DNA of 64,000 bases from an uncultured Gemmatimonadales bacterium (GCA_963708135.1 OY970192.1:5056001-5120000), one strand, 5' to 3'. Shown: positions 48,143 to 58,007, numbered from the stretch's first letter. Numbers and translations: made by a program. Notes: generated by a model not told the origin, from the letters alone.

Positions 48143-49375
48143 GTGGCCAATGCGCTGACGCACAATGTGCTCACCCGCGCCGTGACGGGTGGCGCCGCGG
48201 CGTTCCGCTGCCGTCGAAGGCTGCAACCTGCCGGTGGGCCTGGAGACAAGGTTTTCCCGCCGACCTTCGCCGGGGCGGTGTACGCCATCGAGCAACGGCG
48301 CCTGCCCGACCGGGAGGCGCCCGTCCAGTGCGTGCTCCTCGATAGCGTACAGAGCCAGGCGAACCGGATGGAGCTGGCGCTGCAGGAGGCGGTGGATTCG
48401 GGCCGCTTGCGGTTGCCGCTCGTGGTGGTCAACTTCTCGGAGCACGATCCGACGGGCGACCTCGAGGCGGACGAAGAGGCAGGCCGATTCCTGGACGCCG
48501 TGGGCAGGATCACGACCCTCCAGGCGCCACACCGCCTCGCCGACGCGATTCTGCGCGACAGCGAGCTCGACGGCGTGCGATTCCGCAAATCCGAGAAGGG
48601 GAAGACCCTGAACCGCGCGAGCCTCGCCAATGCGACGCCGCTCTTCGAGCTCTGTCCGACGGCGCTGGTCTTCGGGATGTGGGATTCGACGGGGCCGAAG
48701 GGTGGCCTGGGCCCGAAGTTCGAGCGTGCGGTGGTCTCGGAGATCGTGGGGATCGGCGCGGAGTGGAAGGACGATTACCGGGCCCGCGGCGTGCGCCGTG
48801 ATCCGCTCGAGATCACGAAGAACGTGATGGTCCTCGCCGACGGCGACCGGGCCCTCAGCAAGGTGGCCGAGGGCAAGGAGAAAGGCGTCCGCCCGTCAGA
48901 GATCAATCACTCGAGCGTCCCGTTCGACTCCCCCAACTCCGGCGTAACGATCGAATACGCCGAGCAGGTGACGACGCTCTCCCTGATCGCGCTCCGACGA
49001 CTCCACTTCCCGATCGATGGCGCCACGACGACCGAAGCAGACGCGTCCGCCCGCACCGTTCTGGCCGCGCTCGGCCTGTGCGCCGCCACCCTCGCATTCG
49101 AGAACGGCGTCGGACTGCGCTCACGTTCGCTGTTGTGGCCGGAGGCCTCCATCACGTGGGAGCTCCTGGAGCGGCCGGGGAAGGAACCCCAACGCTATTC
49201 GCTGGCGTCTGCGGATACGCAGCAGCTGCTGGCCGACGCTGTGGCGGCGGCCCGATCCGCCGGCCTGCCCTGGCCGGAGCAGCCGCTCCTGCTCAAGCCG
49301 TCTGCGGCACTGGTCAACCTGGTGCGCCGCAGCCAGGTCGAGCTCGTCCGCCAGGGCGCGGCGGAGGACGGATAA
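48143..49375 (+). CDS. csb1: Type I-G (I-U) Cas7 backbone
   Basis: LQPAGGPGDKVFPPTF, VLLDSVQSQANRME, APHRLADA, PTALVFGMWDS, GLRSRSLL. Confidence 0.92.
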   Translation: MANALTHNVLTRAVTGGAAAFRCRRRLQPAGGPGDKVFPPTFAGAVYAIEQRRLPDREAPVQCVLLDSVQSQANRMELALQEAVDSGRLRLPLVVVNFSEHDPTGDLEADEEAGRFLDAVGRITTLQAPHRLADAILRDSELDGVRFRKSEKGKTLNRASLANATPLFELCPTALVFGMWDSTGPKGGLGPKFERAVVSEIVGIGAEWKDDYRARGVRRDPLEITKNVMVLADGDRALSKVAEGKEKGVRPSEINHSSVPFDSPNSGVTIEYAEQVTTLSLIALRRLHFPIDGATTTEADASARTVLAALGLCAATLAFENGVGLRSRSLLWPEASITWELLERPGKEPQRYSLASADTQQLLADAVAAARSAGLPWPEQPLLLKPSAALVNLVRRSQVELVRQGAAEDG

Positions 49376-49377
49376 GC

Positions 49378-50955
49378 GTGTTCTCGCTCGGCATCCGCTA
49401 CCTCAATGGCTTCTCCGTCGCGGCCGAGCCGGACTCCTATGAGCGGGCCGAATGGCCGCCCCACCCGGGCCGCGTGTTCATGGCTCTGGCGGCCGCCCAC
49501 TTCGTTACCGGCGGCGACCCGGCCGAACGCGCGGCGCTCGAGTGGCTCGAGGCGCTGGAGGACGCGCCCGCGATCCGGGCGGGCGAGCACCACGAGCGGG
49601 CGGTCGTGATCCAGTACGTGCCGGTGGACGACAAGGCCGGCCCCGCGAAGGCGCTGCTGCAATCCCTACCGCTCACGCGCGACCGGCAGCCGCGCACCTT
49701 CGCGCATGCCGCCCTCGACGACGACCTGGTCTACCTGAGCTGGCCGGGCGCCGAGCCGCCCGCGCGCGTGTTGGGCGCGCTCGAGACACTCTGCTCCAAG
49801 GTCACCCGCATCGGCCATTCGTCATCGCTGGTGCAGATGTGGATCGCCGATGAGGACGAGGCTGGTGAGCCGAACTGGGTGCCGGATGATTCGCGCTCCG
49901 CCCTGCACCTGCGCACTGCCGGACCGGGTACGCTCGCCGACCTCGAGCGGTTGTACGACGAAACGGCTGTCGAGACTTACGCCTCGCTCAAGGCGGCGGC
50001 GGAAGACGACACCGACAAGAAAGCTCAGCGCGCCGCGAAGAAGCAGCTGAAGCACGAGTTCGGAAACCGGCCCCCGCAGCAGCTCCGCCCACGACTCTCG
50101 ATCTACCAGGGCTATGCGCGGCCGGCGACGCGCGGCGAGGATGGAGCCGCCTCGGGCACGGTGTTCAATCCACACCCGCTCGTGCTGATGCTCGAACGGG
50201 ACGAGCCGGTGCGGCGCGAGCTCGATCTGCCGTGCACGCTCGCCGTGGTGCAGCGCTTGCGCGACGCCGTCCTCAGCCACAGCAACGGGTTGCCGGACCG
50301 GATCCGGTCGCTGCTCTCCGGCCACGAGCCGGATGGCACGCCGCTCGACGCGCCGCATCTTGCCTTCCTCCCCCTGGCCTTCGTAGGCCACCCACATGCC
50401 GACGGCCGCCTGCTCGGCGTCGGCCTCGTCTTTCCGGCTGATACTGCGCGCGAGGAGCGGCGCCTCGCGCTCCAGGCGGTCGCGCGCGTTCGGCACCTCG
50501 CACTCGGACGGCTGGGCAGGTGGAGGATTGCCGGGGAACGCCGCTCCAGTCCGCCATGGAACCTGCGGCCCGAGGCTTGGACCGCCTTTCCGCGCGGCGC
50601 GACACACTGGTCGACCGTCACGCCGGTCGTCTTCGACCGCCACCCGAAGAACAAGGAGCGCGCCGCGTACGAGCGCGAGGTGGCCGCCATGATCGCGGGC
50701 GGTTGTATGCGTATCGGCCTGCCCCGGCCGCGTGAGGTGATCGTGACGCAGATCTCGGCCCACCCTGGCGTGCCACCCGCGTTCGAGTTCCCACGGCTTC
50801 GGCGCAAGGACGGCAGCGAGCGCCGCCACACGCACGCGATCCTCGTCTTCGATCGACCGGTGTGCGGGCCGGTGCTGATCGGCGCGGGGAGGTACAGGGG
50901 GTATGGGGTGGGGAGGGCGATACAGGCGGCCCCTCAACCCCACTCATCGGGCTGA
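49378..50955 (+). CDS. csb2: Type I-G Cas5/Cas6 fusion
   Basis: AEWPPHPGRVFMALAA, LEWLE, HLAFLPL, WSTVTPVV, C-terminal Cas6 G-loop GPVLIGAGRYRGYG. Confidence 0.92.
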   Translation: MFSLGIRYLNGFSVAAEPDSYERAEWPPHPGRVFMALAAAHFVTGGDPAERAALEWLEALEDAPAIRAGEHHERAVVIQYVPVDDKAGPAKALLQSLPLTRDRQPRTFAHAALDDDLVYLSWPGAEPPARVLGALETLCSKVTRIGHSSSLVQMWIADEDEAGEPNWVPDDSRSALHLRTAGPGTLADLERLYDETAVETYASLKAAAEDDTDKKAQRAAKKQLKHEFGNRPPQQLRPRLSIYQGYARPATRGEDGAASGTVFNPHPLVLMLERDEPVRRELDLPCTLAVVQRLRDAVLSHSNGLPDRIRSLLSGHEPDGTPLDAPHLAFLPLAFVGHPHADGRLLGVGLVFPADTAREERRLALQAVARVRHLALGRLGRWRIAGERRSSPPWNLRPEAWTAFPRGATHWSTVTPVVFDRHPKNKERAAYEREVAAMIAGGCMRIGLPRPREVIVTQISAHPGVPPAFEFPRLRRKDGSERRHTHAILVFDRPVCGPVLIGAGRYRGYGVGRAIQAAPQPHSSG

Positions 50956-50961
50956 TAGCCT

Positions 50962-51948
50962 ATGTCTGGACCCGCCGCCACCTGGGACTTCACGGCGCAG
51001 ACCGACCTTTGGACAGGTAGGGTCGTTGGGATCAACGAGCGGAAGGGGAGAGTGGAGCTGCGGGAGAGCATCAAAAACTCGCGGCTGATCCCAACCGGCC
51101 TGCTCGGGTCCATCCGCTGGTGGTTCGAAGTTGTGGTGCGCGGTCTCGGCGGGAACGCATGCGACCCCACCAGGACCAAGTGTCAGGATGGCAAACACTG
51201 CGTCGTCTGCGAGCTGTTCGGTTGCACCGGCTGGGCCCGGAAGTTCCGTTTCCAGGTGCTGGACGGGAATGGAGAGATCCTGGGCTCCGCGATCAAGAAG
51301 GATTCGAAGTTCAAGGTCCGATTCGTACCGCTACGGCCCATCGCCAGCGAGGAAAGGGCGCTGCTCGACCTCACCCTCCGGCTCATCGCCGAGTACGGTG
51401 CGGTCGGTGGGAAGACAGTGCTCAAGCCTTCAGACGAGCCGAACCGCGCGGACGCGCTGCACCATCTCGACTATGGTGTGGTGTCTCTGGACAGCAGCCC
51501 CGGGGTCGCTGTCGGGGACGAGCGAACGCTGAAAGGCTATCTCCGCCAGGTCTCGCAGCGAGCCGCGCACGACACAAGCAATGCCACCTGGGCCTCGCTC
51601 GCGAACTTCTGGTGCGTGAACGGCAGGTACTTGACGCGCGCGAAGGCTGATGCGAGCACATTCAACAGGGTTTTGGGCCGCCAGGAACCCAAGCAGCAAG
51701 CGCAGACGCTTGCGAGCAACGGAAACGCAGATCGCTGGCTCGCCGGCTCACAGCAGGAGAGCAAGAAGGTCTTCAGCTTCAAGAATCCGCCCCGGACGTT
51801 CGGCTTCGTGCTGCCGGGGACGATTTCACTCGACGAGATGAAGACGCGGCTGCAGCCAGCCTGGTCGGACCTCCGGGATGGCGAGTTCCTCACCGGCGCG
51901 GATGTCCTGTCGAAGCTCGTTCCCGCGGCATCGGAGCCCGCTCGATGA
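50962..51948 (+). CDS. cmr1: Type III-C RAMP Cmr1
   Basis: TDLWTG, TGLLGSIRWWFEVVVRGLGG.ACDP, CVVCELFGCTGWARKF, YGAVGGK. Confidence 0.88.
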   Translation: MSGPAATWDFTAQTDLWTGRVVGINERKGRVELRESIKNSRLIPTGLLGSIRWWFEVVVRGLGGNACDPTRTKCQDGKHCVVCELFGCTGWARKFRFQVLDGNGEILGSAIKKDSKFKVRFVPLRPIASEERALLDLTLRLIAEYGAVGGKTVLKPSDEPNRADALHHLDYGVVSLDSSPGVAVGDERTLKGYLRQVSQRAAHDTSNATWASLANFWCVNGRYLTRAKADASTFNRVLGRQEPKQQAQTLASNGNADRWLAGSQQESKKVFSFKNPPRTFGFVLPGTISLDEMKTRLQPAWSDLRDGEFLTGADVLSKLVPAASEPAR

Positions 51949-52859
51949 CCTTCGATCACTACGCCGCCTTGGCGGACCAGCGGACGTGCCCGCGCTCAGT
52001 GTCGAAGCCGGGCGGGTTCGCGTCCGGGTTCGTGGACGGCTGCACCGTATGGTCGGGAACGGAAGCGGAGAAGAACAACGCGCGGCGTTGCTACCTCAAA
52101 CATCTGGATGGCGCCGCTTCGCTCGCGCCCCCCCCGGAGCTGAAGCTCGCTTCCGATTTCACCGCGCTCCCCGCCCCGGGCTGGATCGGGATCGAGGTCG
52201 ACTTCAAGCTCGAAACGCCGTGGTATTCCAGGGATGACCGGCGCTTCCACGTTTTGGACAACCCGGTGCGTAAGGACCGCGTCTTCGGCGTGCCCTTCAT
52301 GGCGGCGGCGAGCTGGAAGGGACTCCTCCGCTGGGCCTGCAGGATGCGTGCGGGTCTGCTCGAGCACCTGGCGTCGCAGGGCGGCAAGCTGGCCGGGTGG
52401 GACGAGCCCGAGTGGATCGTGCACCTGCTCGGCAACGAGAAGGGTGAAGGCGAGTCGTTCCAGCGTGGTGCGTTGGCGTTTTACCCGACGTGGTTCGACC
52501 GGCTCGGCTTTGAGGTCATCAACCCGCACAGCCGCCGGACGCGGGCGGGCACGCAGCCCATCCACTACGAGGTCGTACCGCCGGGCGCGACCGGCGTCCT
52601 GCAGCTACTGTACGCACCGTTCGTCGGCCGAACCGCCCAACCTGCCGGTCACGGGCTGATTGATCTGATCGGCTCCATCGAGGACCTGCTCGAAACGTAC
52701 GGCATCTCGGCCAAGCGCACGGCAGGTTGGGGCACGGCGACCGCCACCGCGTGGAAAGCGTTCCGGGTTGGAGAGCCCGGAATCCAAGCGGAGAACGCGT
52801 CGGACCTCGCGCGGCAATTGGAGCCCTGGCTGGAATCAACGGAGCGCGGCTATGGCTGA
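51945..52859 (+). CDS. cmr6: Type III-C RAMP Cmr6
   Basis: TPWYSRDD, DNPVRKDRVFGVPFMAAASWKGLLR, EVINPHSR...GTQPIHYEVVP, GISAKRTAGWG. Confidence 0.85.
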   Translation: MTFDHYAALADQRTCPRSVSKPGGFASGFVDGCTVWSGTEAEKNNARRCYLKHLDGAASLAPPPELKLASDFTALPAPGWIGIEVDFKLETPWYSRDDRRFHVLDNPVRKDRVFGVPFMAAASWKGLLRWACRMRAGLLEHLASQGGKLAGWDEPEWIVHLLGNEKGEGESFQRGALAFYPTWFDRLGFEVINPHSRRTRAGTQPIHYEVVPPGATGVLQLLYAPFVGRTAQPAGHGLIDLIGSIEDLLETYGISAKRTAGWGTATATAWKAFRVGEPGIQAENASDLARQLEPWLESTERGYG

Positions 52860-55581
52860 GTTTGCGCCCGCCGCGACACTCCGCGACCACCGCTCGCTGC
52901 TCTTGTCCATGGAGGCTGTGGGGTGGCTGCACATGACCGGCAAGTGCCGCCTGGCGTTCCTGCGCGAGCACGGCGGACAGGGGTCGGGCTACGACGACCT
53001 CCGCTGGTTCGAGAACGAGAGCCCGCCGTTCCCGTGGGACGAACTGCTGGGCTGGCTCAGGACGCGGTACGCGAACGCAAACGGCACTGCGCTCCCGTGG
53101 CCGGGCACGCTCACCGGTTTCCTGACTCGGCACCGGGGTCGGAACGCGGGACTCCTAGGTCTGCTGCAGGCGGGCCATGGCATTGCCTCCGGCATCGAGA
53201 AGAACATGCCTGCCGCGGCAGCGAAATATCTCCAGCAGGATGCCACGCACATGTGGCTCTCCTCGGCCTTCGGACGCCCGGTGCGCAATCTGCTCGCGGA
53301 TCCGCCCGGGTCGTTGAGCCAGGCAGGCTGGGCGCGGTTGCTCGAGGAGATGCAGCGCATCCTACGAGACCTCCATCAGCTCGGCTCCGCATCCGCCACG
53401 GATCTCGGCTCGTGGTCAACCTGGCGCGAAGATGCCATCGGCGCCGGGAGCGTCCTCCGGCACGCGTTCGGCTCCACGCTCGCGGAAACCCGCCTCCCGA
53501 ACAATGAGGTCACGCTCTGGGATCAGTCCTACGTCGCCGCGGCGCTGTTCAAGAGCGCCCTGGCCAGTGCCCTGCTCGACGGTAGGTCCTTCCCCTGGAA
53601 TGACGCGGCAATCAAGAGCCAAGTCCGCTGGCGGCTGCTGACGGTCGGGATCGGAGCGGATCACTTCGAAGCGCGGGCCGTGCGCATCGGCGACTGGACT
53701 GGGGCACGGCTGGCGCTCGACCGCTTCTTCGGAGGCGTGCGACGACTCGTCGAAGTCGACCTGGCGGTGGGCTCGTTGCTCTACGCCGACGGCGGCGTAC
53801 TCGTGTTCTCGTTTCCTGGCGAGCGCACTGATGGCGCTGGCGCTGTGGATGCATCCGGGTGGACGGATTGGCTGCAGGAGGCCGTGGACCAGTCCGCGCG
53901 CGGGCTCGCGCTCGAGCTGCCGCCGTATGTGCGCCTGACCGAATCGACGCGCTCGCTGGTCCCGATGACGCGGGAGATCGCGAACGCGCGAAGCGTTCTC
54001 ACCATTCCCGTGCACCGCGCGTGGGACGTCACCGGATCCGGCGAGACCGGCCACGTGTGTCCCGTGTGCCTCGTGCGCCTGAACGGCGCGCCCACCGACA
54101 AGCAGAAGCCGTGCGCCACCTGCCGCGAGCGCCGAACCCACCGGCTCGATGCCTGGCTCGGGGGCGAGCAAGGGGACGACACGATCTGGATCAGCGAGGT
54201 GGCGGACCAGAACGACCGTCTCGCCCTCCTTACGCTGAGTCTCAATATTGAGCCGTGGCTGGACGGCAGTCGGCTGGATGCGCTGCGTACCCAGGCAGTG
54301 TCCGAATGGCGCCGTCACAACCCGACGCTCGGAGGGAGCTCCAACCCGATTGATTCCGCTAAGCCGTTTGCAAGCCTCGCTGCATACATACAGGGGACCC
54401 TCGGAAGCTTCGACGCGAACAATCCGGTGCTCAGGAGTCTGCAGGAAGGCTATCAGCACGACACCGGCTGGGAGACGTTCTTCCAGAAGGTGGTCGAGGA
54501 CCGCGCGGACGCGCCTCTCTGGAACTCCCTGGATGACCATGGCAGGGCCCGCTGGCTCCTGCATCAGCTCTTCTGCAAGCTCGCCTCTCCTGGTCGCGTT
54601 CACCGCTTCTGGCGGCAGGCGGAGGGCTTCTTCGCCAACCTGCTGGCCGAATTCCGGCAACTAGCAGCGGCGGACGCGAACCGCTGCCGCGTGCGGCGGC
54701 TCGTGCTGACGCCCGGCGCAGACGGCGACCTCTCCGTGTGGCGAGACCGCGAGGTCTACAACGGCCGGGTCGGCGAAGCGCCGCTCAGCCTCCTCTACCG
54801 TGGCCAGAGCCAAGACTTCCTCACGGTCTGCAACCTGGCGCGCCTGCTGCGTGCGGAGGAGGACGGCGAGGCGCTGGTCCGGCGCTCGCAGGAAGGGATC
54901 GAGCTCCGCGGCGGCGACAGCGACCTGCCGGTCAGGTTCCGGATCGCGAGTGTGGAGCCCGCAGATGGCCGAGCCGGCGTCTACCATCCAGTCATCCCCC
55001 TGGAACTGAGCCCGTTGCGCTTCCGGGTGCTGCTTCCGCTCTCCGCAGCGTCGGCCTGCGTCGAGTGCGCGATCGGCATCTGGAACGACGAGATGGCCCG
55101 CGTCTGGGACCGTCTCCCCCTCCGCGCCGGCATCGTTGCCTTTCCACGCACGGTGCCGTTCCAGGCGGTGATCGAGGCTGCCCGCTCCCTCGAGCATGCT
55201 CTGGAAGAGCAGCCGGCGGAGGAGACGTGGCGCGTCACCGAGCGTGACGCCCGCGACGGGATCGTCGCGTTCCGACTCGTTCGTCGCGACGGCGGATCCG
55301 AGCTCCGCTCGATGCCGGTCACGTTACCGGACGGCCGGCGCGATGTGTTCTACCCGTACTGCCGCGTCGAGGATGGGGCAGTGCGCACCGCGCTCGACTT
55401 CCAGCATCCGGACGGCCAGACCTTTCGCCACGCGCTCGACCTGCGCCCTGGCGACGGCATCGTCGTGGCGCCGTCCCGCATCGCCGGTGTCTTTCTCGAC
55501 AGTAGCGCGCGCCGCTTCGACGAGGTGCAGGTGCGCCCGCTGGCGGAGTGGACGCGGATGCGCTGGTGGGCAGAGCCGTGA
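52852..55581 (+). CDS. csx11: Type III-C Cas10-like large subunit, probably 3'-truncated
   Basis: LAETRLPNNEVTLWDQSY, EVDLAVGSLLYAD, Zn ribbon CPVC...CATC, TIWISEVADQNDR, WLDGS, SPGRVHRFW; ends abruptly after FLDSSARRF. Confidence 0.85.
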   Translation: MAEFAPAATLRDHRSLLLSMEAVGWLHMTGKCRLAFLREHGGQGSGYDDLRWFENESPPFPWDELLGWLRTRYANANGTALPWPGTLTGFLTRHRGRNAGLLGLLQAGHGIASGIEKNMPAAAAKYLQQDATHMWLSSAFGRPVRNLLADPPGSLSQAGWARLLEEMQRILRDLHQLGSASATDLGSWSTWREDAIGAGSVLRHAFGSTLAETRLPNNEVTLWDQSYVAAALFKSALASALLDGRSFPWNDAAIKSQVRWRLLTVGIGADHFEARAVRIGDWTGARLALDRFFGGVRRLVEVDLAVGSLLYADGGVLVFSFPGERTDGAGAVDASGWTDWLQEAVDQSARGLALELPPYVRLTESTRSLVPMTREIANARSVLTIPVHRAWDVTGSGETGHVCPVCLVRLNGAPTDKQKPCATCRERRTHRLDAWLGGEQGDDTIWISEVADQNDRLALLTLSLNIEPWLDGSRLDALRTQAVSEWRRHNPTLGGSSNPIDSAKPFASLAAYIQGTLGSFDANNPVLRSLQEGYQHDTGWETFFQKVVEDRADAPLWNSLDDHGRARWLLHQLFCKLASPGRVHRFWRQAEGFFANLLAEFRQLAAADANRCRVRRLVLTPGADGDLSVWRDREVYNGRVGEAPLSLLYRGQSQDFLTVCNLARLLRAEEDGEALVRRSQEGIELRGGDSDLPVRFRIASVEPADGRAGVYHPVIPLELSPLRFRVLLPLSAASACVECAIGIWNDEMARVWDRLPLRAGIVAFPRTVPFQAVIEAARSLEHALEEQPAEETWRVTERDARDGIVAFRLVRRDGGSELRSMPVTLPDGRRDVFYPYCRVEDGAVRTALDFQHPDGQTFRHALDLRPGDGIVVAPSRIAGVFLDSSARRFDEVQVRPLAEWTRMRWWAEP

Positions 55582-56290
55582 CGGCGGCGGACACTGCGGT
55601 GAGCCGGACTGTCCGATCTGCACGGTTTTCGGCTTCGCCCGTGGCAACAGCGGCGGCTTCGCCGGGTTGGCGGCATTCAGCGACGCGCACGTGCTCCTGT
55701 TTCCGGTCGCCACGCGGGAGGGGCCCGTGTGGATCACCTGCCCGGGCGCGCTGCGCGGCCTGAGCGCGCTGAGCGAGCTGCCCGATATCAGCGAGAACGC
55801 AGTCCTCCGCGCTGGCAACGCCACAGGCTCGTTGAACCTCGGCTGGCTCGTCCTCCCCGTGAAAGGCCGGAACGGCGAGTGGGCGAGCGTGGATACCGAG
55901 CTCGGTGCGCTCGGTGTACCGGATCACGTTAAGCGGACCTGGGCGATCATCTCCGACAAGGTCTTCTCGCACGTCGTGAACAGCAATCTGGAGGTCCGCA
56001 CTTCGGTCTCGATCGACCCCGAGACCGGTGCCGCGGAGGGAGGTGCGCTCTTCACCTATGAAGCCCTCCCGCGCGGGACGGTGCTCGTGTGGCAGGTCAC
56101 GTGCCGGCACCCCGGGCATTTCCGGGTCGGAAAGAGCGACGTGAGTGCCGTTGCCGATGCAGGGGTGGTTCATAGCGTCGTCGGCGAAGGGCACGGCTAT
56201 CTCGAATTCCTGGGCATCGGCGGGATGGGCACCCGTGGCATGGGGCGCTTACGGGTCCTGAATGCTGCGGCAGGCGAGGGAGGCACGTGA
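55559..56290 (+). pseudogene. cmr4: Type III-C Cmr4 lacking its N-terminus and start codon
   Basis: HCGEPDCPICTVFGF, FSDAHVLLFPV, VNSNLEVRTSVSIDPETGAAEGGALFTYEALPRG, LGIGGMGTRGMG; no start or N-terminal RAMP strand upstream. Confidence 0.8.
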
Positions 56291-56655
56291 TGGAGAACCT
56301 GGACCTCAGGTGCGCGGAGCTCGGCGCGACGCTCGCGGGTGCCCACGGCGTGGAGGAGAAAACCCTGACGGACGCGCTGGCGGTTCTTGAGGAGCAGGGC
56401 GTCTATGCCTTCTTCCTCTACCTGAGCGCGCCCGGAAGAAATGGCGGAGGTGAGGTGTCCCGAGCGTGCCATAAGTTCCTGCAGCAGGAGCCCAGCGACA
56501 AGGCGCTCCTGCCTGCGGGCGGCGATGTCCTCAGGAGCGTCCGCGAATCGCTCGCGAACGAGCTCGACAACCTGCTCCTCGCGAGGGACCTGTTGCGCCA
56601 GGCTCTGGTCTACGGCCGCTATCACGCCAAGGCCGAATCCCGGGGTATCCGGTGA
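56287..56655 (+). CDS. cmr5: Type III-C small subunit Cmr5
   Basis: NLDLRCA, ALAVLEEQGVYAFFLYL, LLARDLLRQALVYGRYHAKA; position in the III-C gene order. Confidence 0.8.
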   Translation: MMENLDLRCAELGATLAGAHGVEEKTLTDALAVLEEQGVYAFFLYLSAPGRNGGGEVSRACHKFLQQEPSDKALLPAGGDVLRSVRESLANELDNLLLARDLLRQALVYGRYHAKAESRGIR

Positions 56656-57530
56656 TTTGGAAGCTGTACCGTTGGGTTTGGCAGCTCGAAGGGCCCCTGT
56701 ACGTGGGTATGGCGCCCGCTGGCGTGCTGAACCGGTGTCGGCTCTACGCGCCTGCCCGTGCGGTGTGGGGCGCGCTCACCTCTGAGCTAGCCCGCACAAC
56801 GGCGACGGGTTTTCCCGAATACGAGGGCGTTGGCAGAATGCTTCAGGAGAGCGCACGCTTCACGTACCTCTTTCCGGCCGAGCCGGTCGAGGGTGATTGG
56901 CGAGGCTGGCTTCCACACTATGCCACCGAACACGGGCTCGAGTGGAGACGCGAGGACCTGCCGAATGACCCCGGCAAGAGAGTGCCGGACCGCACGTTTC
57001 GCCGCCGGCTGCTCGACACCCGTGCAGGGACCGCAATCGAGCCGGAGACAGACACTGCCGCCGATGGCAGTTTGAGAGAAACGGAGTGCTTGGGCGCCAT
57101 GTGGCGGCGGAACGGAGCCGGAGGGGAGCCGTCTCCGGCTGCGCTCGTGGGCTATGTCTTTCTGCGTGACGGCGATGGTCGGTTGCGCGTTGAAGCGATC
57201 GATACACTCTTCCTGGGTGGAGACACGCGCTACGGGCTTGGGCGGGTTCGCCTGGTTGAGTGCGACGTGGCGAATGGGGTTTTCGGAAATGAGACGAGGG
57301 TCTCAGCGGGCACACCCGCGATCGTCAGCGCGGCCGTCCTGGCGCACGCTTCGAGCGGTGAGGATCTCATTGGTGCGTTGGAGCGGGTGGCAGGATGGGA
57401 TCGACTGAAGGCGAGCAGGGTCACTCATTTGAGTAGCTCGGTCGCGTGGACGCCTGGTTCCAGTTGTCGCCACGGCGAACGGAGAATTTGGCGGGTGCGG
57501 GGTGACGGAATCTGGCAGCCAGGACAGTAG
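56652..57530 (+). CDS. cmr3: Type III-C Cas5-group RAMP (Cmr3)
   Basis: GPLYVG, APARAVWGALT, TAIEP...AADGSLRETE, LGGDTRYGLG G-loop; last gene of the canonical III-C order. Confidence 0.75.
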   Translation: MIWKLYRWVWQLEGPLYVGMAPAGVLNRCRLYAPARAVWGALTSELARTTATGFPEYEGVGRMLQESARFTYLFPAEPVEGDWRGWLPHYATEHGLEWRREDLPNDPGKRVPDRTFRRRLLDTRAGTAIEPETDTAADGSLRETECLGAMWRRNGAGGEPSPAALVGYVFLRDGDGRLRVEAIDTLFLGGDTRYGLGRVRLVECDVANGVFGNETRVSAGTPAIVSAAVLAHASSGEDLIGALERVAGWDRLKASRVTHLSSSVAWTPGSSCRHGERRIWRVRGDGIWQPGQ

Positions 57531-57686
57531 GGTTGTACCGTTCGCCTCTCAGACCGTCACGCCCGTCGGTGGACGGCGTACCCGAGTGACGCGCGGTGGT
57601 CAACCGGCACGCCGATCCTCTTCGACCCGCACATACCGGCACACATACACGTCTGAGGGTGATCCGCCAACGTCTTCGAGAATGAC

Positions 57687-58007
57687 ATGATCGACATCGA
57701 CCAACGCGTACCTGAGATCGTACAACGCCTCACCCGCGTCAGCCGGCCGGACCGTATCATCCTGTTCGGCTCGGCCGCCATGGGCAGGATGACGGCGGAC
57801 AGCGACATCGACGTGCTGATCGTGGAGCCGGAGGTCGAGGACGCACGGTCGGAGAGCCGGCGGCTCCGGGAGGCACTGGCAGGCCTCGGCATCGCGATCG
57901 ACGTAATCGTGATCAGCACGGAGCGCTTCGAGGAGACGAAGGGCGTGATTGGAGGAATCGCGTACCCGGCGAACAAATACGGGAAGGTCATCTATGAAGC
58001 CGCCTGA
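57687..58007 (+). CDS. Minimal nucleotidyltransferase (MNT)
   Basis: IILFGSAAMG...SDIDVLIV. Confidence 0.88.
   Translation: MIDIDQRVPEIVQRLTRVSRPDRIILFGSAAMGRMTADSDIDVLIVEPEVEDARSESRRLREALAGLGIAIDVIVISTERFEETKGVIGGIAYPANKYGKVIYEAA

Noticed and set aside
55196..55558. Alternative upstream start giving a 364-aa Cmr4
   Set aside because: The first 121 residues are an off-frame reading of csx11 with no RAMP features
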